A DNA stretch of 63,793 bases, counting the filler, from Polymyxa betae A26-41 (lineage: Eukaryota; Protista; Endomyxa: Phytomyxea), in the NCBI GenBank assembly GCA_003693705.1. It is 7 parts of 7 records of this genome, joined end to end, with 100 filler letters (N's around TTAATTAATTAA, not from the genome) between each part and the next. Parts side by side here need not be neighbours in the genome. Positions count along the whole stretch, not along the records: positions 38,312 to 43,172 come from RBZT01000840.1; positions 43,273 to 48,685 come from RBZT01000669.1; positions 48,786 to 56,438 come from RBZT01000936.1; 4 more parts are not named here. One strand, given 5' to 3'. The notes under the pieces are model-generated. The model had not been told where the DNA came from and made no database searches. It saw only the letters and a program-made list of their open reading frames with translations. Positions 38,658-52,702 of the stretch are shown piece after piece (within the stretch, counting starts at the first letter, position 1; every line of letters starts with the position of its first letter). The position numbers and the translations under genes are program-made.

Positions 38658-40912
38658 ATGCCTGCTCCAGCCGTTTCTTCCAAGGCAACGAGATCGACGC
38701 CCTTTCAGGGCCGACATCAGGTAGCATTCTGTCTAAAAGCTGCCGATGTTGATCCCTCCTCGAAGAAAGTCATATCTGTGTCATGTCAGTTCTGTGCATT
38801 TTTTGGAAAAGAGGTTGTTGGGCAAAAACGACAGCGATAAAAGACGCTGAGTATCAAAGCATGGACTTCGCCATTCCGTGCCGAGTTATTTGCACAGCAC
38901 ATGGAGTCTCAACATCCATCGAAATGGAGCGAGTACCAAAGCCTTCCTATTGGTCTCAAGAAGGACTTCTTAGTCAATAAGGTACCATTCGTCAACACAG
39001 TGCATGCACACTTTGGCAAATCAGACGCGCACCTAAATTTTAGCATTTCTTCCGGCATAGTCGAATCGATTATTGGGGAAGCATTTTCAATCCCGAATCT
39101 GAATCTGGAACCACGCGAGCACGAGCTCTGTCCTTATTTCTTCCTAGTAAGAATGATGAAAATGTGGTGATTGGATATGAGGTTGTCATCAAAAATTCAA
39201 TGCAATTCAGCTTGGTAACAGAAATCTTATCGCAAGGCCTCTCTTTTCGTCAAATTGCAGGAGTGCTGGAATCAACGAAGAGAATAACACAAGTTCAAAA
39301 GATCGGGCCCTGTTCAGATGGCCAAGTATCGAACATTGCTCGGGTCCTGGTTGCAGTCAATCTCGAAACAATTCGTCGGTTATTGAATATGCACTGTGTG
39401 CTGGCTTTTTCACTGGCATTTGATGGTTCTACTCATCGAGGTACTTCCTACCTATGTATTCGAGTTCGCGTGCATCACGATGGAGAGCTGTTGAATCAGC
39501 ATTTGCTGGCCGTTCCAATGTTTGAAAAGCACACGGCAATCATCCAGTTTAACATAATCGCTAAGGGGTTGGATGTTATGTGTGCTAATTGGAGGCAGAA
39601 AGTGATCGGATTAGGCTCCGATGGAGCAAACGTGATGACCGGGCGTCTTGGCGGTGCTGTCACTCTTTTGGAGGAACAAGCGGAATTTGAAGTCCACAGA
39701 ACGTGGTGTCTGCTTCACCAGGTCGTCGAGGGGGCGTTCATGGTCCTCCTCAACAAAATTGCAACAAGTTTGAGAAAGCAAGAGGGATTGATTCGTGAAA
39801 TGGGATCGACATGTCCTAAAATGACCACGCGTTGCTTGGCAATGGGGTCGTGGACAAAACGGGTGTTGCAAAATCGCGACAGCCTCAATACATTTTTCAG
39901 CTCAAGAAACTGGAATCAAGTTCTTCCAACTGATTGGTTCTGGCCCGTCGTCGCCGGAATTTACGCCCTGTTCGATCGCATCAATATTTTCATCATGTCA
40001 TTACAAGGTAAAAGTCTGATAATGTCACAGCAGGAGGAAGAGATTCGACGCCTTGTCTTAGCTCTTATCCAAATGACTGAAATTGAAGGGCCTTTCCGCG
40101 AGAATGATATCAGCCAACGCTTCAATTACGAGTCGGCCGGACCGTGGTTAATGACCCATGATTCTGTTGCTGGATTCTTACAGGAGCAAGGTCTGTGGGT
40201 GCATGATATTCTTCAAGCTTTGCCAGAAAATACACATTTGAAGATCAAGCAGGAAATGGGCGTCTTCATTTGTACGTTCATTCACGGCGTCTTAGAGATT
40301 TGCCCAATGCGAGATTCGGAAAACCGTCCAACCACGAATGACTTCTCTCCGGTTTTGCCACACCAACTTGCTTTGCTTCGAGGCCGAGATTTCGCCAAGA
40401 TCTTGCTGAAATATCAAGATCGGGGGAAACGATGTTGGGACAATGACCTCTTCAACAAAGTCGAAACCGAACAGAATGAGTTACGGAATTCATATCTCCA
40501 TGACGCCTCGTTCAGATCAACTCTTGACAAATGTGACCAAACAACCTCGTTTTCGGCCGCATGGAGTAAGGTTGGAATGCGGTTTGAAAATCTTCGAAAC
40601 TTCTCAGGAGCCCTTGCAACGATATTTCCTAACACGGCGTCGGTCGAGTCCGACTTCTCCATTTTAGCCTGGGAGAAAGACGAGTACCGTCAATCACTGA
40701 CCGATCTCTCCCTTGAAGGCATAATGCAATCCAAACAATATGCTGCCCTCAGCAAACTTTAGACTATCGATTACGTTCAAAACATTTCAATAAATAGGCG
40801 ATTTTCAGCGTTTACTGTGATTATGCCAGATTAGCCAGAATTAAACAGATAGAAACGCCAAATTTAGCTTATTTTTTGTATATTTGGCGTATGCCAGTTT
40901 TAAAGAGGCCTG
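38658..40912 (+). mobile_element. hAT-like DNA transposon with disrupted transposase
   Basis: N-terminal CQFC..HMESQH zinc-finger-like region; catalytic-type motifs FSLAFDGSTH, SDGANVMTG, WCLLHQ, FPNTASVESDFS; stop and frameshift in the 5' part; probable right TIR ...ttaaagaggcctg ending 40912. Confidence 0.85.
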
Positions 40913-40922
40913 GTGTAGCATA

Positions 40923-41462
40923 CAGTATTTTTTTGTTAAGAAATTTTTTAATAAGCCCTGAACCCTGAATTTTATGGCTTAACACCCTGAACCCTACTTT
41001 CAGAATGTTTTCAGGGTTTTAACGAAAAAATCCCCGGAAAATTGTGATTTCAGGAAATTAACAGAAGCAATAAATCTGAAAATTGAAGGATTTTTAGGAA
41101 ATATCATTATATTGAAGTGCTTTCGAAGATTTTAGCAACACGGTCTTTTAGTTCCCGTAGGATCACGGGATCAGTGAAACGCTTCTGATAAGGAAAACTC
41201 TGGGATGTGAATGTTACGGTGAACCTATCGGTCCTAGAGCCTATTTGGCGGCTCCAGCGGACCGATCTCGAAAGTTTATTAAGGAATCAACCTTTATTTG
41301 CAGGAAGTTAGATTTTGAGCCAGACTATTTAAACCGCTATTATTTCATGTTAAGATCCTGAAATGCTGCGGAAGTCCTAAGAATAAGACCCTGAACGTTG
41401 AGAGTCTCTAGCACCCTAAACCCTGAGAAAATATTTCAGGGTCTTGATAAAAAATTTTACTG
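40923..41462. mobile_element. Tc1/mariner/pogo-type MITE
   Basis: TA|CAGTA...TACTG|TA ends; imperfect TIR aaattttttaataagccctgaa vs rc aaattttttatcaagaccctgaa; internal ccctgaa subterminal repeats. Confidence 0.6.
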
Positions 41463-41464
41463 TA

Positions 41465-42173
41465 TTCGCTTTGATATTCAGGTCTTGCATTGACATCGGA
41501 TCTTCAATGTTTACCAGTATGTTCAAGACGTTGTCGTTGAGTTCATTGCGGAATAGTTGATGAGCAGGTATTCCATCCGTCCAACCCGCGTCAGTCATTA
41601 GCAGTTGAAACTCAGAGGCATACGCTGCGACAGATCGAGTACCTTGCTTGATGCGGAGCAGCTTCTTTGCTGCATTAGAGGATCTTTGTTGGTCTTCAAA
41701 TTTAGCGGAGAACATCTGCATTAAGGATTCGAAGGTTTGTAGTGCGGGAACGTGGCTCTCGAACAGATGGGAAAACCAGTCTAAAGCTGGTCCTGTCAGA
41801 AGATTCCCAACTAAAATAACATTTTTAGAATCAGAATGATAAGATCTTGGCTGGCCAAGATCTATAAGCCGATTTGGTTGATGAAGTTTCTCACGAGTTG
41901 CGATGAGCCATCAAATGCAGGTGGCAGACTTAGTTTGCTTTCAGGGTGATCAGCTGGTTGAGAAATGGCTTGGGATATCTGAGTTTGAGCAGGGGTTGGG
42001 CTTTGATTCGGGGCTTTTAACATCTCCAACTCCTTCATGATTTTTTCGATCTGATAGGCTTTGCGATTGATTTCGGCTAAATAAACGTCCCGAGCTTGAT
42101 GAAGCGATTGGATTTCTTCGAGGGCTTGTTGCGGATTTGCAAGAATCTCTTTTATGGTGTTTTCGATGTGCAT
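41465..42173 (-). pseudogene. Ty3/gypsy retrotransposon Gag remnant (Retrotrans_gag type), a different family from 43-48 kb
   Basis: LPPAFDG..RNFINQI, LLTGPALDWF, IKQGTRSVAAYASEFQLL..GW; broken by stop/frameshift and truncated by the MITE. Confidence 0.85.
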
Positions 42174-43172
42174 ATTAGACTAGGCCCATAACCAATCAAA
42201 TTACAGGGCTTGTAAACGGAGGTCTGACTATGTCGGGAGACGAGGGAAGTGGAAGAGCAGGGATGGGACCGAATACGAGACAAACGAGAGCAAACGAGGA
42301 GGAGACAAGAAAAATTATTATTGATATTCAATAGATGCGTGGCGCACTACGCATGTACGAGAAAATTACATCTTCAGGTCGTATTTTGACTAATTTAAAT
42401 CCCGATCAGAAAGATTGTCATCCATATAACGCTTTTTGTTTAAGATATTCGATATTGTTCCATGGCTTGGAGCTTTAGTCAGTTTGAACTCCTTCTTCGC
42501 CCAATTTGCCAATTGCATCTGAGTCATTTCAATCCTTGTGCTTGTTCGTACACCGACTGGGCCTGTTTGACAGTTAATGTGCTCGAAGTGGATGTCGTGA
42601 CTCTGAATTCTTTCAAAATGTTGCTGATTGTGGCCTGCGACAGTTTTGGGAGATTAAACTGTCCTCTTGCTTAATCTGCAATTTTAGATTGGGACATCTT
42701 AGGATGTGAAAGGCGCTTTTTCAATATCTCTGACTTTGCGAAGGGGTTAGCTTGTTCTCCAGATGAACTTCAGCAGGAGTAACAGCCGAATTCTTAACAG
42801 ATAATTGACATTGTTCTGTTTTCGTGCACCAAGATTCGCTGACCGAATCCTTCTTCGTCTTTTCCCATAGGCGTTCCACAGAATCGATGAACGCTGCGAT
42901 TACTGTCCGGACAGCTGCCGATTGCGATTGAAAAAATTGAAGCAACAAGAGAAAGCCGTTCTTTACCGATGCGAGCCGTCGATAGGTTGATTCCAAATTG
43001 CACACAAATCCATCCTGACTAATCCCGGTGATTTTGGTCCTCGAGCTTGTTCGTTATCCAGAATCATGAATGAATAAATGTGTTACGATGGATTTACTAA
43101 GCTCTTGAATACGCATATAATTAATGCAGACTCATCTTCGTTATTTTCTTCGTGCAATCGTCTCAGGCTTGA

Positions 43173-43272
43173 NNNNNNNNNNNNNNNNNNNNNNNNNNNN
43201 NNNNNNNNNNNNNNNNTTAATTAATTAANNNNNNNNNNNNNNNNNNNNNNNNNNNNNNNNNNNNNNNNNNNN
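43173..43272. other. Artificial contig spacer
   Basis: N44-TTAATTAATTAA-N44. Confidence 0.99.
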
Positions 43273-46200
43273 CATCTTTTCAGGTCATCTCATTACCTCA
43301 ATCTTGTACTTACTGATCATTGCTATAGTTCCGCGTTAAAACCCATTGGGATAAAAGCTTGGAATCAATAGTAGATTTTCAGTTAGACTTTTTGGAAATA
43401 CTTCTAACAAAGTCATCAACTTCTTCTGCGTACGCACTTTTCTCATCTTTTAATTTCTTCAGATATTTCTTCACTAATTCGGGGACGTCTTCAAACAAAA
43501 TCTTCAGTGGTTTTCCACGAACTTGATATGATTCATTGTCATGGGCAAACTGTTTTTTTATTTCCTCTGTGACATTTAGCTTATCATCTGCATAAAGCTG
43601 GATTCGGTCGCCATGGACCCGTCTTTTACTGTGATCGATAATATTTTCTACTTCGAACACATAATTATCTTCACTGTCACTGATCCGATATGGACCTCGC
43701 CATTTCAAGAACAGTTTTCGTCCTGCCATTTTTGTCGGCTCTGGTACTCCAACTAAGACGTAATCTCCAGCTCCAAAATTTGGTTCTCTTCTATATTTCT
43801 TCTGAGTCTTCTTCAAAGTCCTCTGTTTTTCGGATGTTTTCTGTAACTGCTTTATGCATTTCTTCTAGCCCACTTCGCAGTTCTTCAATTTTCTTCTGTA
43901 TAAAAGGTTTTTCCACGGGGTGTTTGGAAAACTGCGTCGTACTGGGACATCTAAAAATTTCATCTAATGGATTGTCTGGTTTCAATCCAGTCATCACGGT
44001 AACTGGCGCATGGCCGTTCAAGCGGCTCTGTCCTCGATGATTTATCGTATGTTCTACATTACGATTTAACCAGGGCCAGTATTCCTTCTCCCATCTGAGC
44101 TCGGACAACAGGGCTTGTATTAAGGCTAAATAAATTTTATTGATAACCTCTATTGTCCCATTGTTATAGTGTCCGTATGCCGTGGTGATATGCTGCTGCA
44201 TATTACATCTTCCGGCAAACTCTTTCATCGTCGTCGAGACAAAGTAGGAAGCCATGTCAGAGACCAAAATTTTCGGCACTCCAAATAGGGCCCCCCACTC
44301 CATCAGTGCTTCTACAGTCACGGATGTATCAGGAATTTTTGCGGGGGGTAATCTTTATCATTCCTGATAGGTCATCACGCAAGATTAGATTCCACTGGTA
44401 TTCATGAATACCATTCTTCTTCATTGGCCATATATAAATCCAGTCCATATGTAATACATCGTTTGGTTGCTGTCCATGGACCTGTGTGCCTAAAGGTCGA
44501 GGAATTCGTACCCCTCCTCTAGTCGGCAGGCAATGCAGACACGAGTTGCAGATTGCTTTAATGTCTTCAGTACAGTTCTTCCAGTAGAAAAACTGCGTCA
44601 GTTTCTGCGTACTCGCTTGGTACCCAAGGTGTCCACTATTGCTTCCTGCATGCGCAATAATACATAATCGACATCGGAGGTCTTCTGCTTCTAACGGAAT
44701 TATGACTTTTTCTTGTCCGTGATTAATAAACCATTTTCATTATACTTTTGGCCGCTCCTAGCTGGCAGCCATCTCTTCTGCATTTTCTTTATTTCTTCTA
44801 TAGTAGGCCATATGAACTCAGGGCTCTGTAATGGCTTTATCCTCTGTTCGTCTGGGATCGTTATCGTTCACACTCTACGGACTATCATTTGCGTAGCGCC
44901 TATTTCATCGTCGACTGGTTTCGCTCCCCATCTGGTCAAGTCTTCCCATATGCTGTCTTCTCCTTTAATATGCTCGATTTGATAATGAAATCGCTGCATA
45001 TAGAGGGCCCATCTTTGTAACTTCTGTGCTGTTGGCTTTGACACATTCGTAGGTGAAAAAATCTGTATGAGATTTTTATGATCACAGAACAGCTTGAATG
45101 GTCGTTTCATCTCTAATAAATAATCCAACTTCTCCATTGTATCTTTAATGGCGAATCCTTCTTTCTCGGCAACGCTCCAGTTCATTTCGCATTTATTGAA
45201 CCGGTGACCTACGAAACCTAATGGTTCGTGCCTCTGTAATGATACAGGTTTATTTATATGATCACTTGGAATCTGAGTTACCATTCCGGATGTACTAGAT
45301 TCGTTGGCATCGGTGAACATGCACTGCACCATGTCTTCTCTTGGATACGCTAATCTCAAGTTGTTAGCGATAGCAGTCTTCAGTTGTTCGAATGCGAGAG
45401 CATGTTGCGGGCTCCATCCATATTTAGAAAGTTTAACTTGCCTCGCAACGCTTTTGTTCCTCGATGGTTGATCCTTCATACTAAGTTCAAAGATATTCTC
45501 TAAACTATGTACTTTCTTATTGTATTCAGGGATCGACCTGCTCATCCATTGTGTTGCCATCAGAAACTGCTGTAGGTCTCTTGCCGTTTTGGGTTGTGGA
45601 ATCCCAAGCAGTGCTTCAATTCGATTGCTGTCATGTTTGACTCCGTTCGGAGTGAATATTCGTCCGCAAAACTTAACCTTACGGGTGAATAAATCACATT
45701 TCTTCAGGTTCAACTTAACGTTATGTTTAGCTGCTAGTCTTAAAGTGTCTTCCAAGGTGTTATACCATCTGTCTAGTGAATTTGCGTACCCTAGCAGGTC
45801 ATCTATCCACACTATTAGAGAATCTTGTATTAGGCTCTTAAAAATCTCAGCCATTCTCGCCTGAAACTGCGTGGCAGAATTTAAAACGCCTTGAATGGAT
45901 CTTCTTGGTGTATACACCCCTCTGTCAGTCATGAATGAAAACATTTCCCGGCATTCTTCTGCTAATGGCGTCATCCAGAAGCCTTTAAATGCGTCTAATT
46001 TAAACGAGCATTTCGATCCAGCCAAGTTGTTAACAATCGCTTCCAAAAATGGCATCGGCCATGCTGTACTTTCAGATAGTGCATTGACCCCTCTGAGATC
46101 GACGCACATTCTTCTACTTCCGTCAGGTTTCTTTACCACAACGACTGGAGAAACCCATTCCGACTTATGGTTCTCTTCTACCAGGTCATTTGTTTCTAGT

Positions 46201-48685
46201 TCTTCAATAAAGTGTCTTAAAAATTTACTGTCTTCTGTGCTGTACCTCCGATTTGGACATCTATACGGTCTTGCGTTTGGTACCAGGCGGGTGACAAATG
46301 GTGTAACCTTTGCTGGGGCATCGGGACCTAGCGTTACGAGCCATACATCTCGATACTTTTGAACAAGCCGGTTTAACTTTCCCGCCCATTCTTCTGGTAA
46401 GCCGTTTCGTCTAGCGGCTTCTATCAAATTATTCAAGCCGTCTTCGATTTCTTCTACGTCTGATGGAGCATTTATCAGCATTTCTTCCAAGCCGTCGAAA
46501 TCATCGCGTTCTTTTTCTTCTTTATTATCTACTTCTTCTGTGACCTTATTATCATCTATCTTGGCCCTTTTTCTCACAATTAATGCGTCGGGCGCAGTTT
46601 TTGGCTCGATTCCGAGTTCCTCTAGTAGGTCACCCCCGAGTATAATTTCTTCACTGGGAACGTCCCAAATCAGGCATTTTCGCTGTCTCGTGATAATTTC
46701 ACCGGCCTTTGTGCGCAGCCCGATATCGAGTGTTACGCACTCCGTGGCTTCGACCTCTGTTCTATGATCACCTAGTCGAAGTCGAATCGGCTCTCTCAGC
46801 CGCTCCTTCTTGATTGCCGGGTCGTTCCGCATCGCAATCTGTGCTATCCTTAACGGGATCAGCGACATGTCCGTGGCTCCACTATCAAATATACCAGGGA
46901 CGTACATGCCCTCACTAATCTTCCCATCTATTTGCCGGGTTGCGTCTGGGTTTCTACCAATTCTACAGATCATCAAGTAGTTGGAATTCTTCTTAAATGT
47001 ATTATCGTGCTTCTTCAACAACTTGTGCACCTCCTCATTCGAGAGACCTTCTGGGCAGTTGAAAGCTGCATGGCCGAACTTACCACAGTTGAAACACTTC
47101 AACTGGGACCGGCCCGATGCGCTGCCTTTTTCTGGGCACTGGAAGGCTGCATGGCCGTATTTACCACAGTTGAAACACTTCAATTGTGACCGGTCTGATT
47201 TGTCGCCTTTCGCCTTCTTCAGGTCTCCGGGCTTCTTGTCATCATTTCGCCCGCGCTTACGCATACTTTTCTTCTTGTCATCTTCTTCATCGTTTTTCAG
47301 GGTGCGCGTCTCTTCATGATTTAAAGCCTTTTCGCACAATAATGCCATAAAGGCGACGGGCTTTTTTGCAAACTTCGGCTCCAATCTCATCTTGTTTTTT
47401 ATAATTGTCTTCAATTCCTTTGGCTCGATTCCGTTGGTTAAGAACCGAACTTTCATCTTTTTTCCATCTTCATCCTCAAACAGATGATTCCATCCATTTT
47501 GCTTGACAATTTTATTAAATTGTACATAGAGATCCGTGACCCGCAGGCCTGGAGAATCAATATTCAAATCCATCTTCAACTTCTTCATCTTTTTCTCAAA
47601 TTGAGAATCCTGCGAGCGGTCATCCCTCAAAGCTTGGTTAATCCAAGCTTGGATATCGTCTTCTGTGACATTCTCGACTTCGACGGATATGTCACATTCG
47701 CAAATGGTTTCCAAAACCGTCGTCTCGATCATCGAGATCAAAGATCGTGGGTTACCTGCGGTATTAGCATCCCGAAAGTTGCTCATGTACCGATCCTTGC
47801 TCTCAACGAATCTTAGGATCGCCTTGCGATCCAGCTTCCGTAGTAACGGGGCCCGATTAGTCTCAACCACGGCAAGATTGCCGGAGGCTACGTTTCGGTG
47901 AGGTCATCTGTCATCTTGGCGGCGATGATTAGCCACAATTTCTTCATTGTTGGGCAGACTGCCGTCATTGCCAACATCATCATCATCAGTATTAGCCGGC
48001 GAAGGCGGACTGAGTGCATCTTCTTCGACTTCGACAGAGCCTCGTCCTGTCACTCCGTCTTCTTCTGTCGGAGTTTCGTAATCGTAAACGATTTCGTCAT
48101 CATAAAGAGGTTCATCTTCAAACGTCGTCATCAGAGTAGCCATCTAACTAAAAGAATTCTTTGTAGCAATCCTCTCGATTCTACGATCAGATCCACAAGG
48201 ATCAAGGTCAAATCAACAATGCTCTGTATTCAATTCCCAAAAAGCTCCAGGACCCAAATTCCGTCGCGGAGTCCATACGGAGTCTGGGACGAAGTTCGTA
48301 GGGCAGCCTGATCATAGCTTGAAAAATCTTGTAGTTTTCTTGATATCTTTTAATAAACTATACCAACTTGCTACAAACGACAAGCTTGAAAATTATCAGC
48401 ACCGATCCAGCTCAAACCGCAAGACTACGGATGAAGTCCCGCCGACCAACTACGCGTTCTTGATCGGGGCTAGCAAGAAGACGAACTGGATCATGTCATG
48501 CCCATTGAGCATGACAGTACTCGCAGCCGCCCAGCCGACCACCAGGCAGTCGTAATGGCCCTTCCTGAGGGGCTGCGCAGAGGGCTGCGCCCCTGCTGAC
48601 GATTCCTATAGGGGAAGAGCCCTAACTGTCACGGACTGTGCGGGTCTCCTCGTCTCCCTACTATGAATGGCGAGGAGCGGCCTCC
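43273..48685 (-). mobile_element. Ty3/gypsy LTR retrotransposon internal region (gag-PR-RT-RH-IN), mildly degenerate
   Basis: ATG at 48143 in frame with the 1000-aa ORF across one TGA (47904); two CCHC knuckles; protease FDSGA; RT SPVVVVKKPDG..MCVDLR..KLDAFKGFW..WIDD; RNase H FTDA..AEKE..CDHKNL; frameshifted integrase 44850-43790 (SDMASYF, NGTIEVIN, KWRGPY); possible LTR edge at ~48627. Confidence 0.95.
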
Positions 48686-48785
48686 NNNNNNNNNNNNNNN
48701 NNNNNNNNNNNNNNNNNNNNNNNNNNNNNTTAATTAATTAANNNNNNNNNNNNNNNNNNNNNNNNNNNNNNNNNNNNNNNNNNNN
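48686..48785. other. Artificial contig spacer
   Basis: N44-TTAATTAATTAA-N44. Confidence 0.99.
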
Positions 48786-49090
48786 GTCCCAACTCTGCAT
48801 CCAGTGATACAACGTTCCCGGTGAGATGATTAACCCTCTCAGATCAATGTTTCAGCCGATCACAAAATCGCTCATAGAGTGAATCACATTAATTCCGGTC
48901 CAGATCTGATAATCACAGAGCTGATTAATCATCTTTGATTATCTTCTAATTACAATCAGATTATTACATAAAATATCTTGGATTGTGATTATGGAGGCAC
49001 TGCAGCACTATTTCCATCTTCAGAGCTCTAATAGAGGGGTCACCCCAACAACCCTCATTATCATCATCGCAATCACTGACTTCTCTCTGA
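48786..49090 (+). repeat. Repeat R, copy 1 (contig start)
   Basis: gtcccaactctgcatccagtga..ccggtgagatgattaaccctctcagatcaatgtttca..ttaattccgg..gagctgattaatcatc..ttacaatcagattattacata..tttccatcttcagagctcta; direct copy at 51897, inverted copy ending 56438. Confidence 0.92.
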
Positions 49091-49251
49091 AAAGTTACCG
49101 AGTCCATTTCAATTAGAAAGCGAGAGATAACTTACAATCTCATCTGTAGAAAACCATCACAACAGGCCACTGTAGAATCTACACTGATCGAAAGTCATTT
49201 CTACATGATAAATATCCCGAGAAGATCAGAATCAAGACAGTTTAAATTCGA

Positions 49252-49458
49252 GTGCACCAGGTCAATCCCCACCTCAATAATCACAGAACCGGTCATACCC
49301 GATGCAGGGCCCACCTTAAACAGATGGGCATTGAGACAGAAAGCACATGCAGATTTTGTAATTGGAAAACAGAATCTCTTAAACACCTCCTGATTAAATG
49401 TCACATTTCGAGCCAGCCCTCTTATGCCACCGATCTGCCTTCAGAAAACGAAACATAA
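49252..49458 (+). mobile_element. Non-LTR retrotransposon (LINE) 3' fragment, C-terminal CCHC zinc finger
   Basis: RTGHTRCRAHLKQMG..CRFC..ESLKHLLIKC. Confidence 0.75.
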
Positions 49459-50198
49459 CAAACTTAAAAACAGTACAATGGAAACAGCCGAAAGTCAGGA
49501 AAAACTACTGCAGAAAGCTTAGAATCATGAATATGCAATTTAGTAAACAGTATGTTATAGAATCTGGGAGACCAGCATGAGATCGAATCATTGATTCATT
49601 GGTTTCAGTATTGGGCTGAAACTCGCCCCAGAGGGTGTAAATATCCGGAATATGATTAGCAGGTACGGTATTAGTCAGTCGACGGAAAGAGGCCGAGCTT
49701 CTGTCGACGGAGGCGCAACGAAACGTGCGCGCGTGCAAAACAATTTGTGTCACGGCCGCCAAATTGAAAAACGCGTATCAGTTTATGAAACTACTTGGAG
49801 TTTTTATCTGAATTAGGGATGGTTCGATAACTTTTGAATTTTCCGAATGCAGATTACACAAGTGCGTTTCTGGGTGCATTCGGATAGGCGCAAACATAAA
49901 CAGCTAATACTCCGTCAATTTTTCTTTTTGAAAAAATCCAAGCCTCTGTTTTATTTTAGACAATGAGATCTATCGAATAACGGCTTTTATCTCTCCTGAA
50001 GAACACTTCCGGCGAAGCCTTATCATATCTATGTATTGACATACTGATCTATAACTGAATAGATGTCCGCGACAGTTAATTCCCATCCATATTGCAACAT
50101 ACTTCAAACCGAACCGATTTTTTGTATGACAGCTACTACTGAATTCTATAGATACAAGTTCTTGAAACTCCCCAGATACAGATGGCAATGGAATTGTA

Positions 50199-51816
50199 TT
50201 AATTGAAACGCTTGAGAATATCCGCAAGCTCTTTAGCAGTGGGCAGAGTCACAGGTTTCTCGGCTATACCAACCTTTTGTAAAAGGCGCTTGGCCTTGGA
50301 CCGACTCGGCGATCCAGGCGACGGACTTCCAGGCGGACTCGAGTTTGGACTGTTGATTTTCTTGATCTCTTCACTCAGCACATCTTTGATCAAATTCACC
50401 AAGAACTGATTGCCATTCTCCTTCCTGTTATCTTGCGGAAGATTCATCTGTTTCAACAAACGAACGGCAATTTCGGTATTTTGTCCAAACTTTTTGGCAG
50501 CTTCGTCGTCTTTCTGCAAATCGAAGGCCAGGGTCAGCGCCATCAATTCCGTTTTCTTATAGTCCTTGAAAGGGCTGAGCCAGCTGTTCCACAAATGCTC
50601 CTGGGTGATATCGGGTATTCCCGGGATTTTGTGTAAAGCTGAAACCAGGAACATGAACGACTCGTGATCGAAACGTTTCAAGAACTCCATCGCCTGGTAA
50701 TCGGCCCCATTCTGATTTGTCAATGCGAACGACGTAATGGGTCTGATCTGATCGCCGAGCTGCATTGCACGCGAATAGAACAGAATTCGGAAACAGAATG
50801 GCGTGTACACACGAATTGGGAGGTACTGGCCCTCCAAATCGTTGAGAATCTGAATCCAGAACCTGTCTCAGTTTCAAATCGGGAAAAAAACCAACAAAAC
50901 AGTTGTGTAAGATACAGAAAGAAATGAATGAAAGAACGAAAGGACGATATTGACAGAGAACAAGATCTACAGACCTTTGAAAGTTGGGGTTTGGTATGGG
51001 GTATTGGGATGTCTTTGGGGTTTGCTGGAGTTTCTGAAACGATAACGCGATAGGCGATCATCTGAATGACATCGAACCTATCGCAATTCAGGAGGCTCTG
51101 CATTGCAGGTACAAAGATGTTCAGGAAATCGATGGCGGTTCTGAAATGGATTTGATCATCGTCAATCATTCGCTTCTCGAACGAGATCAGGTCCTCGTCG
51201 TACTGGTCGATGAAGTTGAGACTGCTGCGCATTCTCCGAACGATTTCGTCGGTCCCTTTCCGCGGACGTTCATGCAGCATCTTGATGAATTCCTGAGCGG
51301 CCCGGACTTTCCTCTTGTCCACAAAATCCTGGTTTTGCGCTTTCAATGGGAACAGTGACAGGCGCAGTATCCCGGCGTACTGGTCCAGCAGGCGTTTAAC
51401 GGGCTCCATAAATGGCTTTGCTAGCACATATCGCCAAACCCCCTTACTATAAACTGCAGAACGCGCAAGAATATCGCTGCCGACTGCGGATGGGTCCAGG
51501 CGCGCGACGTGCTGGCCCAGGACGCGGACCGCCGCGCGAAGGTGGATCCACTGGTCGACGTCGATGCCATACTGCCTAAACTCGCACGGTATAATCTTGC
51601 GATCGAAATCGACGTGATTCAGCCACGTCTTTTCTTCCAGCTCCCCCACTATGAATCCAGAAGGTTAATGGATCAGCAGCGAATGGCCAGTACGACTGGA
51701 CGGTTGGGTTGGTTACCGAATTTCATGACAGAACCGTTACTGTCTGACAGAAAATCATCTTGAGGCAGCGCTGCGCAAAGGGCGGCTGTAAGAGCAAATA
51801 GAATGAGAACTTTCAT
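50199..51816 (-). CDS. Secreted orphan protein, paralogue A (~474 aa; exons 51816-51717, 51648-50975, 50849-50199)
   Basis: Signal peptide MKVLILFALTAALCAA; phase-1 and phase-0 GT-AG introns give one continuous ORF; shares WL..DF, LRAAVRVLGQ, RLL.QYAG.LR..LFPL and ILFY.R..QL with paralogue B. Confidence 0.85.
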
Positions 51817-51896
51817 AAATAGGATTTGAATATAATTATGAAGATGAAGGAGGAAATATCACGATCTTCATTCTATCAGGCTCAATATCGGAAGAT

Positions 51897-52190
51897 GTCC
51901 CAAAATGGGCGTCAAGTGATTACGTTCCGGTGAGACGATTAACACGCACAGATCAATGTTTCATCCGTCACAAATTTCTCATAAAGTGAATCACGTTAAT
52001 TCCGGCCCAGATCTGTTAACCAAAGAGCTGATTAATCATCTATGATAATCTTCCAATTAATTACAATCAGATTATTACATATAATATCTTTGATAGCGAT
52101 TATAGAGACACAGCAGCACTCTTTCCATCTTCAGAGCTCTATAATAGAGAGGTGAGAAATTATCAACACAATCATTGGCTTCTCTCTGCA
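51897..52190 (+). repeat. Repeat R, copy 2, starting 80 bp upstream of the ATG of paralogue A
   Basis: Collinear, diverged match to 48786-49090. Confidence 0.9.
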
Positions 52191-52702
52191 AGAAATCCCG
52201 CAAATCCTTTTCGAGCTTTTCTGCTTCAACATACTGCAACATTATCGGTCCTTTGGGATACTGCAGCTGTTATCTAACCGGAATCTGGACATAATCGAGA
52301 CTACGATGATAGTGTAATCATGGTCATTGACCCGATATTGTCACTTTTGAACATCGTTGTTAGAACCTGTCAAACAGAGATTGTCGCGTGCCACTGGACG
52401 TGTGGCATGATCATAGTTACGTTACGTTTATGTTACTAAATTAGTCATGTATTGTGTCCCCAACCACGACATGTACTCATGGCAGTAGAATTGCTTGTAC
52501 AACCCTACGCAGTTTACGTTACCAAGCTGCGGTATTTCTACAATCGTTTATAAAAAAGATCTCGGGAATTTTCAGGGAATTTTTTACTTCTGCTTTTTCA
52601 TAGCTGAACGAGCCATTCAGAGAGCACTTTGGCCACCAATTAGAGCGTCAACCTGTCTGTGATCCATATTAAATGTGCTGTCAGACTGGGTTAGAAATCA
52701 TA

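Noticed and set aside
42180-42200. Minus-strand tggttatgggcctag resembling a copia-type half-tRNAiMet PBS upstream of the gag remnant
   Set aside because: Imperfect match and no defined LTR boundary to anchor it
45520-48311. Many plus-strand ORFs overlapping the gypsy polyprotein (and antisense ORFs over COPG and the hAT transposase)
   Set aside because: Antisense shadows of real coding sequence
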